The notes beneath the pieces are model-generated. The model worked only from the letters and a program-made list of their open reading frames with translations, was not told the DNA's origin and made no database searches. The position numbers were made by a program, and so were the translations under genes. From an uncultured delta proteobacterium (GTDB taxonomy: Bacteria; Desulfobacterota; Binatia; Bin18): a stretch of DNA of 64,000 nt. The stretch is from NCBI GenBank assembly GCA_963733195.1, contig CAVTCR010000006.1, positions 1 to 64,000 of the forward strand. The letters are read 5' to 3'. The first letter of the stretch is position 1. The number at the start of each line of letters is the position of its first letter. Below are positions 19,493 through 29,646 of the stretch, in pieces.

Positions 19493-20959
19493 TTACTTCC
19501 CACTCGCCATTTTCCACTGGCCGTCGATTTCGGCCATGACAGCGAGGATGGCGTTGCGTAACGCAGCAACCAGTTCGTCGATCTGTTCCTTGGTGATAAT
19601 CAGCGGCGGACAGATGGCGATGTTGTTACCACCGGCGACGCGGGTGATCACACCAGTTTCGAGCGCTTTTTCCCACGCCTTCTGTGCGATACTCATCTCA
19701 GCTGGGAACATCTCCTTGGTGTCTTTGTTCTTGACTAACTCGACTGCGCCAATGAGACCTTGACTACGCACGTCACCAACGATGGGCAAATCTTTCAACG
19801 TGTTGAGCTTTTTGGCGAGATACTTTCCTTGTTCGCGGGCTTTCTGTACGAGTTTCTCGCGTTCGATAATTGCCAAATTGGCTAATCCAGCCGCACACAC
19901 TGTCGGATGCCCAGTGTAGGTGTACCCATGCCAGAACGCGTAATCATCTCCAGTGGAGAGGAACGTCTGGAAAATTTCTTCTTTGAACATGACGAGCCCG
20001 AGTGGAAGATAACCACTGGTGACACCTTTCGCGCTGACCAGCACATCTGGCGTAACTCCCATGCCGGCAGATGCGAACATCGAGCCGGTGCGACCAAAGC
20101 CGGTAATGACTTCGTCGCAAACCATGAGAATGTTGTGCCGTGAGCAAATCTCGCGAATCTTGGGCAGCCATTCTGGCGGTGGAATGATCACTCCGCCTAC
20201 ACCCTGAATCGGTTCAGTGATAAACGCGCCAATAGTATGTGCGCCTTCGCGCTCGATGATCCGTTCTAATTCTGTCGCGCAATCAACTTGGCAAGACGGG
20301 TAGGTTTTGCCAAGTTCGCAACGATAACAATAGGGACGAGCCATGTGGATCATACCCGGTAAGCCAGGCTCCATCTGTTTGTTGAAGACGGGAATGCCAC
20401 CGAGCACAGCAGTTCCACTCGACGAGCCATGATAGCCCTGGTTCAGGCTGATGAACTTGGTCTTGTCTGGCTGACCTTTAGCTTTCCAGTAAGCGCGCAC
20501 AAGACGAATCACCGCTTCATTCGCCTCTGACCCGCCGGAAGTGAAGATAACACGCGTTAGTCCCTTAGGCGCGATTTTGACCAGCTTACTCGCAAGCTGA
20601 ACCGTTGGCACTGAGGTCGGACCAATCAGCGTTGGCGCAAAGGCCAGTTTGTCCATCTGCGCGGCGACGGCACGATTAATCTCTTTGCGGCCGTGACCAA
20701 CATGCACGTTCCACAACGAGGCAAGACCATCGATGTATTTTTTCCCTTCGGTGTCCCATAGATAGACACCTTGACCTTTGACAAAAATGGGGACGCCCTT
20801 CTTCTGCTGCATCTGCAGTGGTACAAAGCCATGCACCAGATGGTCGCGATCTTGTTGATGCAATGCTCTAGCAGTACGTGAGTCAAGGGCTATGTTCGCT
20901 GCCTTCTTTTGTGGTCGCAACTGAACGACTTTTGCTGCGGGGCTCGCTTTTTGTGGCAT
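19493..20959 (-). CDS. Class III PLP-dependent aminotransferase (omega-transaminase type)
   Basis: SGGSEANE, GYHGSS, EPIQGVGG, DEVITGFGRTG, SAKGVTSGYLP, HGYTYTGHP. Confidence 0.93.
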   Translation of the reverse strand: MPQKASPAAKVVQLRPQKKAANIALDSRTARALHQQDRDHLVHGFVPLQMQQKKGVPIFVKGQGVYLWDTEGKKYIDGLASLWNVHVGHGRKEINRAVAAQMDKLAFAPTLIGPTSVPTVQLASKLVKIAPKGLTRVIFTSGGSEANEAVIRLVRAYWKAKGQPDKTKFISLNQGYHGSSSGTAVLGGIPVFNKQMEPGLPGMIHMARPYCYRCELGKTYPSCQVDCATELERIIEREGAHTIGAFITEPIQGVGGVIIPPPEWLPKIREICSRHNILMVCDEVITGFGRTGSMFASAGMGVTPDVLVSAKGVTSGYLPLGLVMFKEEIFQTFLSTGDDYAFWHGYTYTGHPTVCAAGLANLAIIEREKLVQKAREQGKYLAKKLNTLKDLPIVGDVRSQGLIGAVELVKNKDTKEMFPAEMSIAQKAWEKALETGVITRVAGGNNIAICPPLIITKEQIDELVAALRNAILAVMAEIDGQWKMASGK

Positions 20960-21065
20960 ATATTCCTCCTTATAGTTCTCCTCACGCACGACACTCCCAA
21001 GTTTGACTACGCACGATCATACACAAATCGAGTCTAAATGCCCAGCTTCCCTACTCCTACAGCGC

Positions 21066-22274
21066 TTATGAGGCGGCTGCTTTGGTCGTTGCTTGTTGCT
21101 CTTGGATAGCAGCTTGATTTTCTAAGAGCGTACTGATTTGCGCAGAGGTGAAGCCACACTCGCGGAGAATGTCTATCGTGTGTTCGCCGAGAGCAGGAGC
21201 GGGGTGACGAATCTCGGGCTGGGTTTCGCTGAACTTCCCCGGCACATTGACGCCACGCACTCGCCCGGCAACGGGATGATCGTACTCAACAAACGTCTGA
21301 TTATGGATCAACTGCGGGTCTTGTAGCGCCTCGTCAAAGGTATACACCGGACCACAAGGGACATCCGCCTGTTCCAGAATTCGCAACCACTCGTTTGTGG
21401 TTTTCTGTGGTAACAGTGCGGCAAAGCCATCCATAATGCTCTGCAGGTTACGAATACGGTCCGCCGGCTGCGGATACTGGGTAATCCATTCTGGTTTCCC
21501 CAGCGCACGACTCATGCGTTTCCATTGGTCGTTGGTTGCTGCACTGACAACCATATATCCGTCCTGTGTGGCCATTGGTTGCAACATGGGCCGTGAGGTC
21601 AACTGACGAAACTCGTCGTCAGGGAGAAAGGTGTAGCCGAACATCGAGTCGGGGGCAACGAAGGAAAGCAGCGAATCAATCATCGGCAGCTGAATTTCTT
21701 GTCCAACACCTTGGCGTCCCGCGGCAACGAGCGCTGCCAGAACGTGATAAATAGCAGCCATTGATGTCATCTTATCGGCAAAGGCCATACGCACGAATGC
21801 TGGTTTCCCTTGCCCACCTTGTAAAAAGGCAAGCCCAGACATGCCTTGAATCACCGGATCATAGCACGGTTTGTGAGAATAGGGACCATCGGCGCCGAAT
21901 CCAGAGATCGAAAGATAGATGATCTTTGGGTTCCGTACGCGTATTGTTGGATAATCGAGTCCGAGACGTTCCATAACTCTGGGCCGGAAATTCTGCACCA
22001 GCACGTCACTCTGTTCAGCTATCCGTAAAATCGTTTCTTGGGCTGAAGGATGTTTGAGGTCAAGAACAATACTGCGTTTATTGCGATTGAAATTGACAAA
22101 CCAAGAGCCAACGCCAGCTTTGAATGTCATGTTGTGATGACGCATGATGTCACCATCGGGAGACTCCACCTTAATGACGTCCGCACCGAGGTCACCCATC
22201 ATCATCGTGCAAAACGGGCCAGTCACCGCGCTACTAAAGTCGAGCACTCGCACGCCCGCTAAAGGTCCACCCAT
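21066..22274 (-). CDS. CaiB/BaiF family CoA-transferase
   Basis: PLAGVRVLDFS, NRNKRSIVLDLK, QNFRP, YDPVIQGMSG. Confidence 0.92.
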   Translation of the reverse strand: MGGPLAGVRVLDFSSAVTGPFCTMMMGDLGADVIKVESPDGDIMRHHNMTFKAGVGSWFVNFNRNKRSIVLDLKHPSAQETILRIAEQSDVLVQNFRPRVMERLGLDYPTIRVRNPKIIYLSISGFGADGPYSHKPCYDPVIQGMSGLAFLQGGQGKPAFVRMAFADKMTSMAAIYHVLAALVAAGRQGVGQEIQLPMIDSLLSFVAPDSMFGYTFLPDDEFRQLTSRPMLQPMATQDGYMVVSAATNDQWKRMSRALGKPEWITQYPQPADRIRNLQSIMDGFAALLPQKTTNEWLRILEQADVPCGPVYTFDEALQDPQLIHNQTFVEYDHPVAGRVRGVNVPGKFSETQPEIRHPAPALGEHTIDILRECGFTSAQISTLLENQAAIQEQQATTKAAAS

Positions 22275-22410
22275 TGTCCGCCCTCCTTTGTTCTGACCCA
22301 GTAGCACCAACGCGCGGGAGGGGCAAGGAAGACAAGAAAGGCTTGTTCTTCTTACCAACGCTTGGTCTCATGGGGAACATTCGCTATAAGCAATCTTAGG
22401 AAGGCATATA

Positions 22411-22698
22411 GTGAAAGATTATCTACTCGAAAAATACGGGGACGACATACGCCACATTGCCCGTCGCCACGGAGTTGTTCAGGTGCGAGTGTTCGGTTCC
22501 CGCACTCGAGGCACGGCAACGGAGTCGAGCGACTTAGATCTGCTCGTAGACATGAAGCCCGAGCGAGACCTCTTAGACCTCGTGGAGTTTAAGCTCGACC
22601 TGGAAGACCTCTTGGGCTGTGAGGTGGATGTTGTCACGGAAGGCGGCCTCAGCCCCTATCTTCGCGACCGGATTCTGAAAGAAGCACAACCCCTGTGA
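22411..22698 (+). CDS. Minimal nucleotidyltransferase antitoxin (MntA-like)
   Basis: VFGSRTRG...SDLDLLV...VDVV; overlaps the downstream DUF86 gene. Confidence 0.9.
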   Translation: MKDYLLEKYGDDIRHIARRHGVVQVRVFGSRTRGTATESSDLDLLVDMKPERDLLDLVEFKLDLEDLLGCEVDVVTEGGLSPYLRDRILKEAQPL

Positions 22699-23036
22699 AG
22701 GACGAAACGGTCTATCTAAAACACATTCGCGACGCTCTTGCGAAGATCGAGTTGTATACTGCTGAAGGGCGCAAGAGATTTTTTGCCGACTCTATGATCC
22801 AAGACGCTGTTATTCGTAACCTAGAGATCATTGGCGAGGCGGCAAGAAACCTGTCTCCGAATTTCATCAAGCAACAACACCCTGAGATTCCCTGGCGAAG
22901 TATCGTCGCATTGCGAAATGTGCTCATCCACGAATATTTCCGGGTAGACCTTGAACTGGTCTGGAGGATTGTTCACCGGCGGCTTCCCACACTCAAGCGC
23001 CATATCGAGACAATCATCACCGAGAGTGAAAAATAA
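22695..23036 (+). CDS. HepT-like (DUF86/HEPN) ribonuclease toxin
   Basis: DAVIRNLEIIGEA, IPW, RNVLIHEY (RX4HXY). Confidence 0.92.
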   Translation: MKDETVYLKHIRDALAKIELYTAEGRKRFFADSMIQDAVIRNLEIIGEAARNLSPNFIKQQHPEIPWRSIVALRNVLIHEYFRVDLELVWRIVHRRLPTLKRHIETIITESEK

Positions 23037-23043
23037 CAAACAC

Positions 23044-26000
23044 TTATCCTGCCAACTCCTCCAACAGCGCCTTCGCCTCTTGCAAGTCTTTCGTATCAAA
23101 TCCTTCGGTGAACCAGTTGTAGATCTCCGACTAACATCTGGTGAGCTTCTTCCTGCTTGCCCTGCTGCTGCCACAGACGGCTAGGCTCATCACTGCTCGG
23201 AGTTCCAGTGACTTCGCCTGCTGCTCTGCGGCAATTTCAATTGCCTTGCAAAAACACGCTTCGGCTTCGCCTCTGGTGGGTGGGCGGTCTACCGTTACTG
23301 ACTCGGCATATTGACAGCTTGGTGGACTTGCCCACCTGCGCGACTGAAGCGTAAGCTTCCCTTCAGCCGATACAGCTCCGCCTCGTAGAAACGCTCCCCA
23401 GTTTTGTCCACCAAAGCCAACGCCTCGGCCAGCACGCTCAGTCCTTCCTCTACCTGCCCCACTTTCCCATACGCCTCGGCCAGCAGGGCAAGATAATACG
23501 GCCGCCACACTCTGCCCCTGCGGCTCGGCAGGCAGCCAGGCCCTGGTGTATCTGCGCGATGCCTTCCTCTCCTGCCCTTGCTCGGCCAGCGCCCAGCCCC
23601 GCAACATAGTCCCCAGCGCCAACCAGAACGGAAACCCCTGCTCGGTGGAGAGCGCAATCATTGCCTCTGCCCGCTCTTGGGCTGCTTGCCCCTCCTGGCG
23701 GAATTGATGGAGCAAGGCAGCATAGTGAGGGCAAAAGCCAGGTTGAAGGGGTGAGACAACTCCTGAGCCAAGGTCAGTGCTTCGTGGATCCTCTTCAGGG
23801 CCTGGTCCGGATAGCCAAGAACCACAGGGCTCAGGGCAGCATAAGAGAGGCAGCACACCCGGGGTCCTGCCGCATAGAGAAAGGTATGGGAGCCGTGCTG
23901 CTGGGGATCGTAGAGGGCAATGCCCTGCTCCAGATGTGCGTCGGGCAGCGGACAACTCTCCGAGCATAGAGTAAGGTCAGCCCCAGCCATTGTGGGCCTG
24001 CAACAGCAGGGCGGGTCTTGGACCTCTGGGCCAGGCGGAGGACTGCTCTGCCAGTTCTGTGCTGTCTGCAACTCCGCCCGTACCATATAGAATCGCACAC
24101 AGTCCCTCCAGGACCGGGAAGAGCTGCGGGGTTTCCCCTACTTGCCGGCACAGCTCTCGGGCCCGGCTGTAGACTTGTTCCGCTTCCGGGGCGGCATAGC
24201 CTTGGTAGCATCAAGGCGGGCCCAGGGTAATTTGCAGTGTGAGTTCTTGCTGGGCGCGCTCAGGCGTATCCGGCAGGGTCTTGAGCAACTCCAGCCCCTT
24301 GGTGAGGTGAGCTGATCGCTTCCACATTGGCCGAGCGCTGATGGCTCTCTGGCCTGCCTTCTGCCAGTAGGGAATGGCTTGCGCGATAAGACCTGCCTCG
24401 GTGTAGTGATGCGCCACTAACTCAGGCTGGGTTTCTATGGTCTCAGGAAACTGTTCCTCCAACACTTGCGCAATCTGTTGATGCAACTGCTGGCGGCGTG
24501 CTCTTGAGTAACGACTGATAGGCCGTGTCCTGCACCAGCGCATGTTTGAAGAGATAGCGCGCCTGGGGCGGGACGCCACTCTGAAACACGAGCTCTGCTT
24601 CCACTAATTGCTTCAGCCCTTGTTGTAATGTTTCCTCGTCTAAGCGGCGAGACGGCCTGAAGTAAGGCATAGTCAAATTCGCGTCCGAGCGTCGCACCCA
24701 GTTGGGCGATCTCTTTGGCCGTCCCGAGCCGGTCGAGCCGGGCCATCAGCGCATCTTGCAGCGTGGCGGGAATGCCCCAGTAGGGCTGCGTATATGCAAT
24801 ACGCCCCTACATTCTGTTCCACCACCATCTTGGTCAGCTCTTCGACAAACAGTGGCACTCCATCAGTCTTGCTGGCGATCTGCCGCACGACCTCTTTTGG
24901 CAGCGCTTTGCCGCCTGTGACCTTCTCCACCATCGCCTCGACGTGATGTGCCCAGCCGACTGAGGGTCAACTGACTGAGATAGGAATGCGCGCCCCATGA
25001 GGGAGTGAACTCTGGACGATAAGTGAGCACCGCCAACAGCCGTGTCGTCGGTACTTGCGCCAGCAAGAGCGTGATGAATTCTAACGTGGACGGATCAGCC
25101 CAATGCAGGTCTTCCCAGGCGTACGTCATTGCTTGTTGTCTTGTCTCGGAACAGAGCCATGCGACGAGCGCCTCCTGCGTTTTCTCTTTCTGCTTCTGCG
25201 GACTGAAGGTGAGCGGGGGATACCCTTCAGGATGCGGGAGCGAGAGCAGAGCGGCAAGCAATGGGATCTGTTCTTGTAGGAGCGACCGGCTAGTCGCTCC
25301 TACAATGAGCTTACGCAGCTTCTCGTCGGCTGAATCCTCTGGCCGAAATTGCAATGTCCGTTGCAAATGCTCAATGACCGGTTGCAACGCACTATTCTGC
25401 GTATACGGCGAACAGCGCAATTCCAGACACCGTGCCCCTTCGTGCTCGACGGTCTCCTTGAGTGCCTCCACTAACCGCGATTTGCCAATGCCCGGCTCGC
25501 CACTCAGCAGCACGACTTGCCCTGCACCATCTTTCACCCGCTGCCAGCGCTCACGCAAAAGTCCATACTCGTGCTCGCGTCCAATCAGCGGCGTGAGCCC
25601 TCGGCGTACCACCACCTCAAACCGACTATGCGCTTCTCTTTCTTTGACCACACGATACAGCGTCAGTGGCGTGGCCACCCCTTTCAGTTCCGGTTGTCCG
25701 CGATCCTCGCACTCAAACAAACCCTCAACCAAGTGATACGTAGCCGCACTGATCACCACTTCATCAGGATTGGCGGTTCCTTGTACGCGAGCGGCAATGT
25801 TGGGCGTCTCGCCCAGAGCGAGGATCTCACGCTTCTCGCTGCTGCCGATCTCGCCAATCACTACTAACCCGGTGTGAATGCCGATGCGGACCTGCAATTC
25901 CTTCGCTCCTTGGGGAGACGGCTAGGGTGAGGGGAATCGTTTGGTCGTGTAGCTTACTACCCTCACCCCGGCCCTCTCCCCTGAAGGGCGAGGGAGAAAA

Positions 26001-26619
26001 AGAGGCCTCTCTCTGAAGGGCAGAGGGAACTGCTTTCGCAATGCCGAACAATCTCCAACCCTGCTCGCACGGCGCGTTGCGCATCATCTTCATGCGCCAC
26101 TGGATAGCCGAAGTAGACCAACAGGCCATCGCCCAGATGCTGCGCAATATGCCCATCGTATCGCCGGATCACTTCCGTACAGGTCTCTTGATATGCCTGC
26201 ACTACCTCCCGCAACTCTTCAGGATCAAGTTGTGCAGACAACGTAGTCGAACCAACCAGGTCACAGAACATCACGGTCAATTGCCGCCGCTCCGCTGGGT
26301 GCTGGGTGTTAGGGGCTAGGGGTTGGGGACTGACAACTGATAATTGACTGCTGATAACTTCCTTTTCGTTTTTTTCCTTTTCGCCCTTTCCCCCTTTCGC
26401 CGTTTTGCCTTCGCTTTCTCCATTTATCCTGTCCCCAATCCACACCAACACCTTGCCGTCCTCGTCTACCGCGACGCGCTCGGCGTCGATGAGTTCCGCT
26501 TTCAAATCCTCAAGGTAGTCGTCGTCAAGAGCAAACTGCCGCTTCAACGCCCGATACGACACCCGCTGTTTGCTTTGCAACAGTTCTCGTACCTGACCTA
26601 ACGTCTCTTCAAAGGTCAT
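23044..26619 (-). CDS. Class III nucleotide cyclase + AAA/STAND ATPase + TPR protein, copy 2 (multiple frameshifts as assembled)
   Basis: MTFEETL start; [35 protein letters not shown], same C-terminal [12 protein letters not shown]. Confidence 0.85.
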
Positions 26620-26869
26620 TGGCTGCCTCTTTCACCGCTCCGTCTATTCGACAACGCTGGAGCAACAAAAACGCTTGCCCCAGAAGAATAAGGATGCAGG
26701 AATACGAAGGGTCTCTGGCGCAGGCAGGGCGTTCTTGCTTTTCTTACTCTTGGGCTACTGCGCCTGTCAATCGACAGAAAAAAGCTGATAGCTGATTGCG
26801 GATAGCTCTTATATGCTTGATCTCCCGCTGTCATCGACATAAACACCAACCTGCAAAGGAGGAGTGACA

Positions 26870-27877
26870 ATGAAAACCAAACGTATGGGACGGACTGGGT
26901 TGAAGGTCTCGGAGATCTGTCTGGGAACGATGACTTTTGGTCGCCAGTGTGACGAAGCGACCAGTTTTGCGATCATGGATACTGCGGTGGAAATGGGTGT
27001 CGACTTTTTTGATACCGCCGATGTGTATCCAGTTGGTGGTGGGCTCGATACCGTCGGTCGTACTGAGGAAGTCATCGGAAAGTGGCTCAAAGGCAAACGA
27101 GAGAAAATCGTGCTGGCAACCAAATGCTGGGGCGCAATGAGTAAAGCGCCAAACGACCAAGGGCTCTCTCGGAAGCATATCTTTACCGCGATCGATGAAA
27201 GCTTGCGACGACTACAGACTGATTACATCGATCTTTATCAAGTACATGCCCCAGACCCGAGCACGCCACTTGACGAAACCCTGCGTGCGCTTGATGACCT
27301 CGTCCATCAGGGAAAAGTACGGTACCTTGGCTGCTCCAATTTCCAGGCTTGGTTGCTCTCTTCGGCTTTATGGACCAGTGAGAAATTCGGCCTTGCACGC
27401 TTCGACTGCGTACAACCGCGCTATAACTTGATGTTCCGTGAAATCGAAAATGAATTGTTGCCGCTGTGCCGTCATCAGGGCGTTGGGGTGATTCCTTATA
27501 ATCCACTCGCTGGGGGATTCCTCACTGGCAAATACAAGCCGGATACTGAACCGTCAGCCAACCTGCGCTTTGGTTTGGCTGGACGAGCAGGACATATTTA
27601 TCGCCAACGTTATTGGCAAGAGGCGCAGTTTGCTGCAGTAGCTCATCTGCAAGAGTTCTTCGCCACACGTAATAAGCCACTTGCGCAAGTAGCGATCTCT
27701 TGGGTTCTGGCGCAGCCGGATATCACCTCACCTATTGTTGGTGCAACCTCAGCCGAGCAGCTCCGTCAGTCGCTTCCGGCGGTTGACTTGCCGTTAGATG
27801 CGGAAGAGATGAACGTCTGTAACGACATTTGGTTCGACCTGCCACGTCTGAAAGATCCGGCAGTAGCGCTGCGGTAG
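26870..27877 (+). CDS. Aldo/keto reductase
   Basis: GLKVSEICLGTMTFG, FDTADVY, ATK, DYIDLYQVH, GKVRYLGCSN, YNPLAGGFLTGKY. Confidence 0.95.
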   Translation: MKTKRMGRTGLKVSEICLGTMTFGRQCDEATSFAIMDTAVEMGVDFFDTADVYPVGGGLDTVGRTEEVIGKWLKGKREKIVLATKCWGAMSKAPNDQGLSRKHIFTAIDESLRRLQTDYIDLYQVHAPDPSTPLDETLRALDDLVHQGKVRYLGCSNFQAWLLSSALWTSEKFGLARFDCVQPRYNLMFREIENELLPLCRHQGVGVIPYNPLAGGFLTGKYKPDTEPSANLRFGLAGRAGHIYRQRYWQEAQFAAVAHLQEFFATRNKPLAQVAISWVLAQPDITSPIVGATSAEQLRQSLPAVDLPLDAEEMNVCNDIWFDLPRLKDPAVALR

Positions 27878-27906
27878 AGAGTCAGTATCCAGAAGTCAGA
27901 AGAACG

Positions 27907-28121
27907 CTAAATCGAAGAATGGAAGATTGGGACACTCCCTCACCCACAGTGGGAGATCCACGAGGCGATCCGGAGCCCATCGACTAAGCTCAGGATCGAA
28001 CTACGCGCAGCGACTCGAAGGGCGGCGCGTCAGTCCTTCACATGCTTCGACGTCGCCCTCGGGCTACGCTCAGCATGAACGGGGTTGATTCACGGTTACC
28101 AATATCGTGTGGTCCGATTTG
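27907..28121. repeat. MITE-like element (CTAAATCG...TGTGGTCCGATTT) with CTTCGAC/GCTCAG-family interior
   Basis: Ends at 27907 and 28108-28120 match the same TIR family; interior has CGACTAAGCTCAGG and CTACGCTCAGCATGAACGG. Confidence 0.5.
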
Positions 28122-29389
28122 AAAAACTTACATATTGCGAAGCTATGTTTAAGAACTTCGTAAAAGCTTCCCTGTCCTGGCACGAACAAACGGCTATAGA
28201 AGCGCATTGCATAGGAGTCGGTCATGTTGGCGAGGAAATCGCAAATCACCCGCTTGCGGGCAGGTTCGTTACTATCGAGAAGGGTACGTTCGTACTCATC
28301 CCCCCAGTTCTCCGGAAACAGTCCGACGGAATCCTTACCTTGGTCAAGCACGGCGAACAAGCGACGTAAGACCTCCTTGCCTTTATGTCCAAGTGTGGTC
28401 ACTCGTGGATTGTAAATGACATGGTACGATTCAAACGCCTTGAGAATCTCAATCCGCACTCTATTGGGCGGAGCTGCGTCAATCCGATCGTTGGGTTGCA
28501 AAGTGACGCTACAAGCGAAGTCATGAATCAGATCACGGGTGAGCATTTTCCATGCCGCTCGTCCGGCTTTGCGTTCGAGATGCTCGAGGCGATCAGCAAC
28601 CTGCAAGAGTTCGTGGTGGAGCGTGTCGTCACTCACTGTTTTTCCGAACGGAAGCAGGTGTTCGTTGATATCACGAACAAGGCGAGCCGAGGGCACACGA
28701 CGAAAATCTGCGACTGTTAACAGCCCAGCTTTCAGGCTATCTTCGAGGTCGTGGACAGAGTAAGCGATGTCGTCCGCGACATCCATAATCTGACATTCAA
28801 AGCTACGGCGATCTCCATTCCCTGTGCACTGCATGATGGTCTCTACGAGTGCCCGATCGTCGGCATAGAAGCCTTTCGCAGGGCCATCGTTAGCCGCGGC
28901 TAACGCGGCCTCATCGATACACGTTTTGTACTTAAGAATGGCATCAAGGGTTTGGTATGTCAGGTTCAGACCTGTATACGCCTCATGTTTGCGTTCTAAG
29001 CGGGTTAAGATGCGGAAACTTTGCGCATTGCCTTCAAAGCCGCCATACGGACGCATGAGTTCATGGAGGACGTATTCACCGGTGTGGCCGAAGGGCGGAT
29101 GGCCAAGATCGTGTGCGAGGCAGGCGGCCTCGACCAAGTCAGTATCTGCCCCGAGATTCAGTGCGATGCCTTTGGCGATCTGGGCGACTTCGAGCGAGTG
29201 AGTTAGGCGAGTGCGGAAGAAGTCGCCTTCATAGACGCCAAAAACTTGAGTTTTTCCTTGTAGACGACGGAACGCGGCAGAATGAATAATCCGTGCCCGG
29301 TCGCGCTCGAATTCCGAACGGCGATCAGGGCCGGTTGCTAGGGGTTCCGGGGTATGCCGGATGGCATCGCTGACAACGGCGAATTTCAT
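28070..29389 (-). CDS. dgt: Deoxyguanosinetriphosphate triphosphohydrolase (HD superfamily)
   Basis: DRARIIHSAAFRRLQGKTQVF, RTRLTHSLEVAQI, HDLGHPPFGHTGE, FEGNAQS, DDIAYSVHDLED, DFLANMTD. The last ~25 aa may be run-on into the repeat. Confidence 0.88.
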   Translation of the reverse strand: MKFAVVSDAIRHTPEPLATGPDRRSEFERDRARIIHSAAFRRLQGKTQVFGVYEGDFFRTRLTHSLEVAQIAKGIALNLGADTDLVEAACLAHDLGHPPFGHTGEYVLHELMRPYGGFEGNAQSFRILTRLERKHEAYTGLNLTYQTLDAILKYKTCIDEAALAAANDGPAKGFYADDRALVETIMQCTGNGDRRSFECQIMDVADDIAYSVHDLEDSLKAGLLTVADFRRVPSARLVRDINEHLLPFGKTVSDDTLHHELLQVADRLEHLERKAGRAAWKMLTRDLIHDFACSVTLQPNDRIDAAPPNRVRIEILKAFESYHVIYNPRVTTLGHKGKEVLRRLFAVLDQGKDSVGLFPENWGDEYERTLLDSNEPARKRVICDFLANMTDSYAMRFYSRLFVPGQGSFYEVLKHSFAICKFFKSDHTILVTVNQPRSC

Positions 29390-29497
29390 TGCTCTGTCCG
29401 TGCCTTGCAGCATAATCAGTCAACCACGCGGTGGCAAGGCTCTTTGCTTTTAAGTATCTAAAGGTGATATTTTTGTCATGTTCGGTGGGGAAAACTT

Positions 29498-29642
29498 CTA
29501 AATCAAGCCATACGAGATTCGTACAGATGCTCACCTGTTCTCTTTGGTAGCGTGCGCCATGCGCACGAATGGCGGTGGCTAGGAAGTCGCGCGCACAGCA
29601 CGCGCTACGCGAAGTGTACCAATGTTCTGTGGTCCGATTTAG
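29498..29642. repeat. MITE-like element with imperfect TIRs enclosing a GTAG-type REP palindrome
   Basis: CTAAATCAAGCCATA ... TGTGGTCCGATTTAG; interior GTAGCGTGCGCCATGCGCACG...GCGCACAGCACGCGCTAC. Confidence 0.6.
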
Positions 29643-29646
29643 GCAG

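Noticed and set aside
28070-29389. dGTPase as an anti-phage system
   Set aside because: Looks like ordinary Dgt in a housekeeping context; nothing in the sequence shows a defence role.
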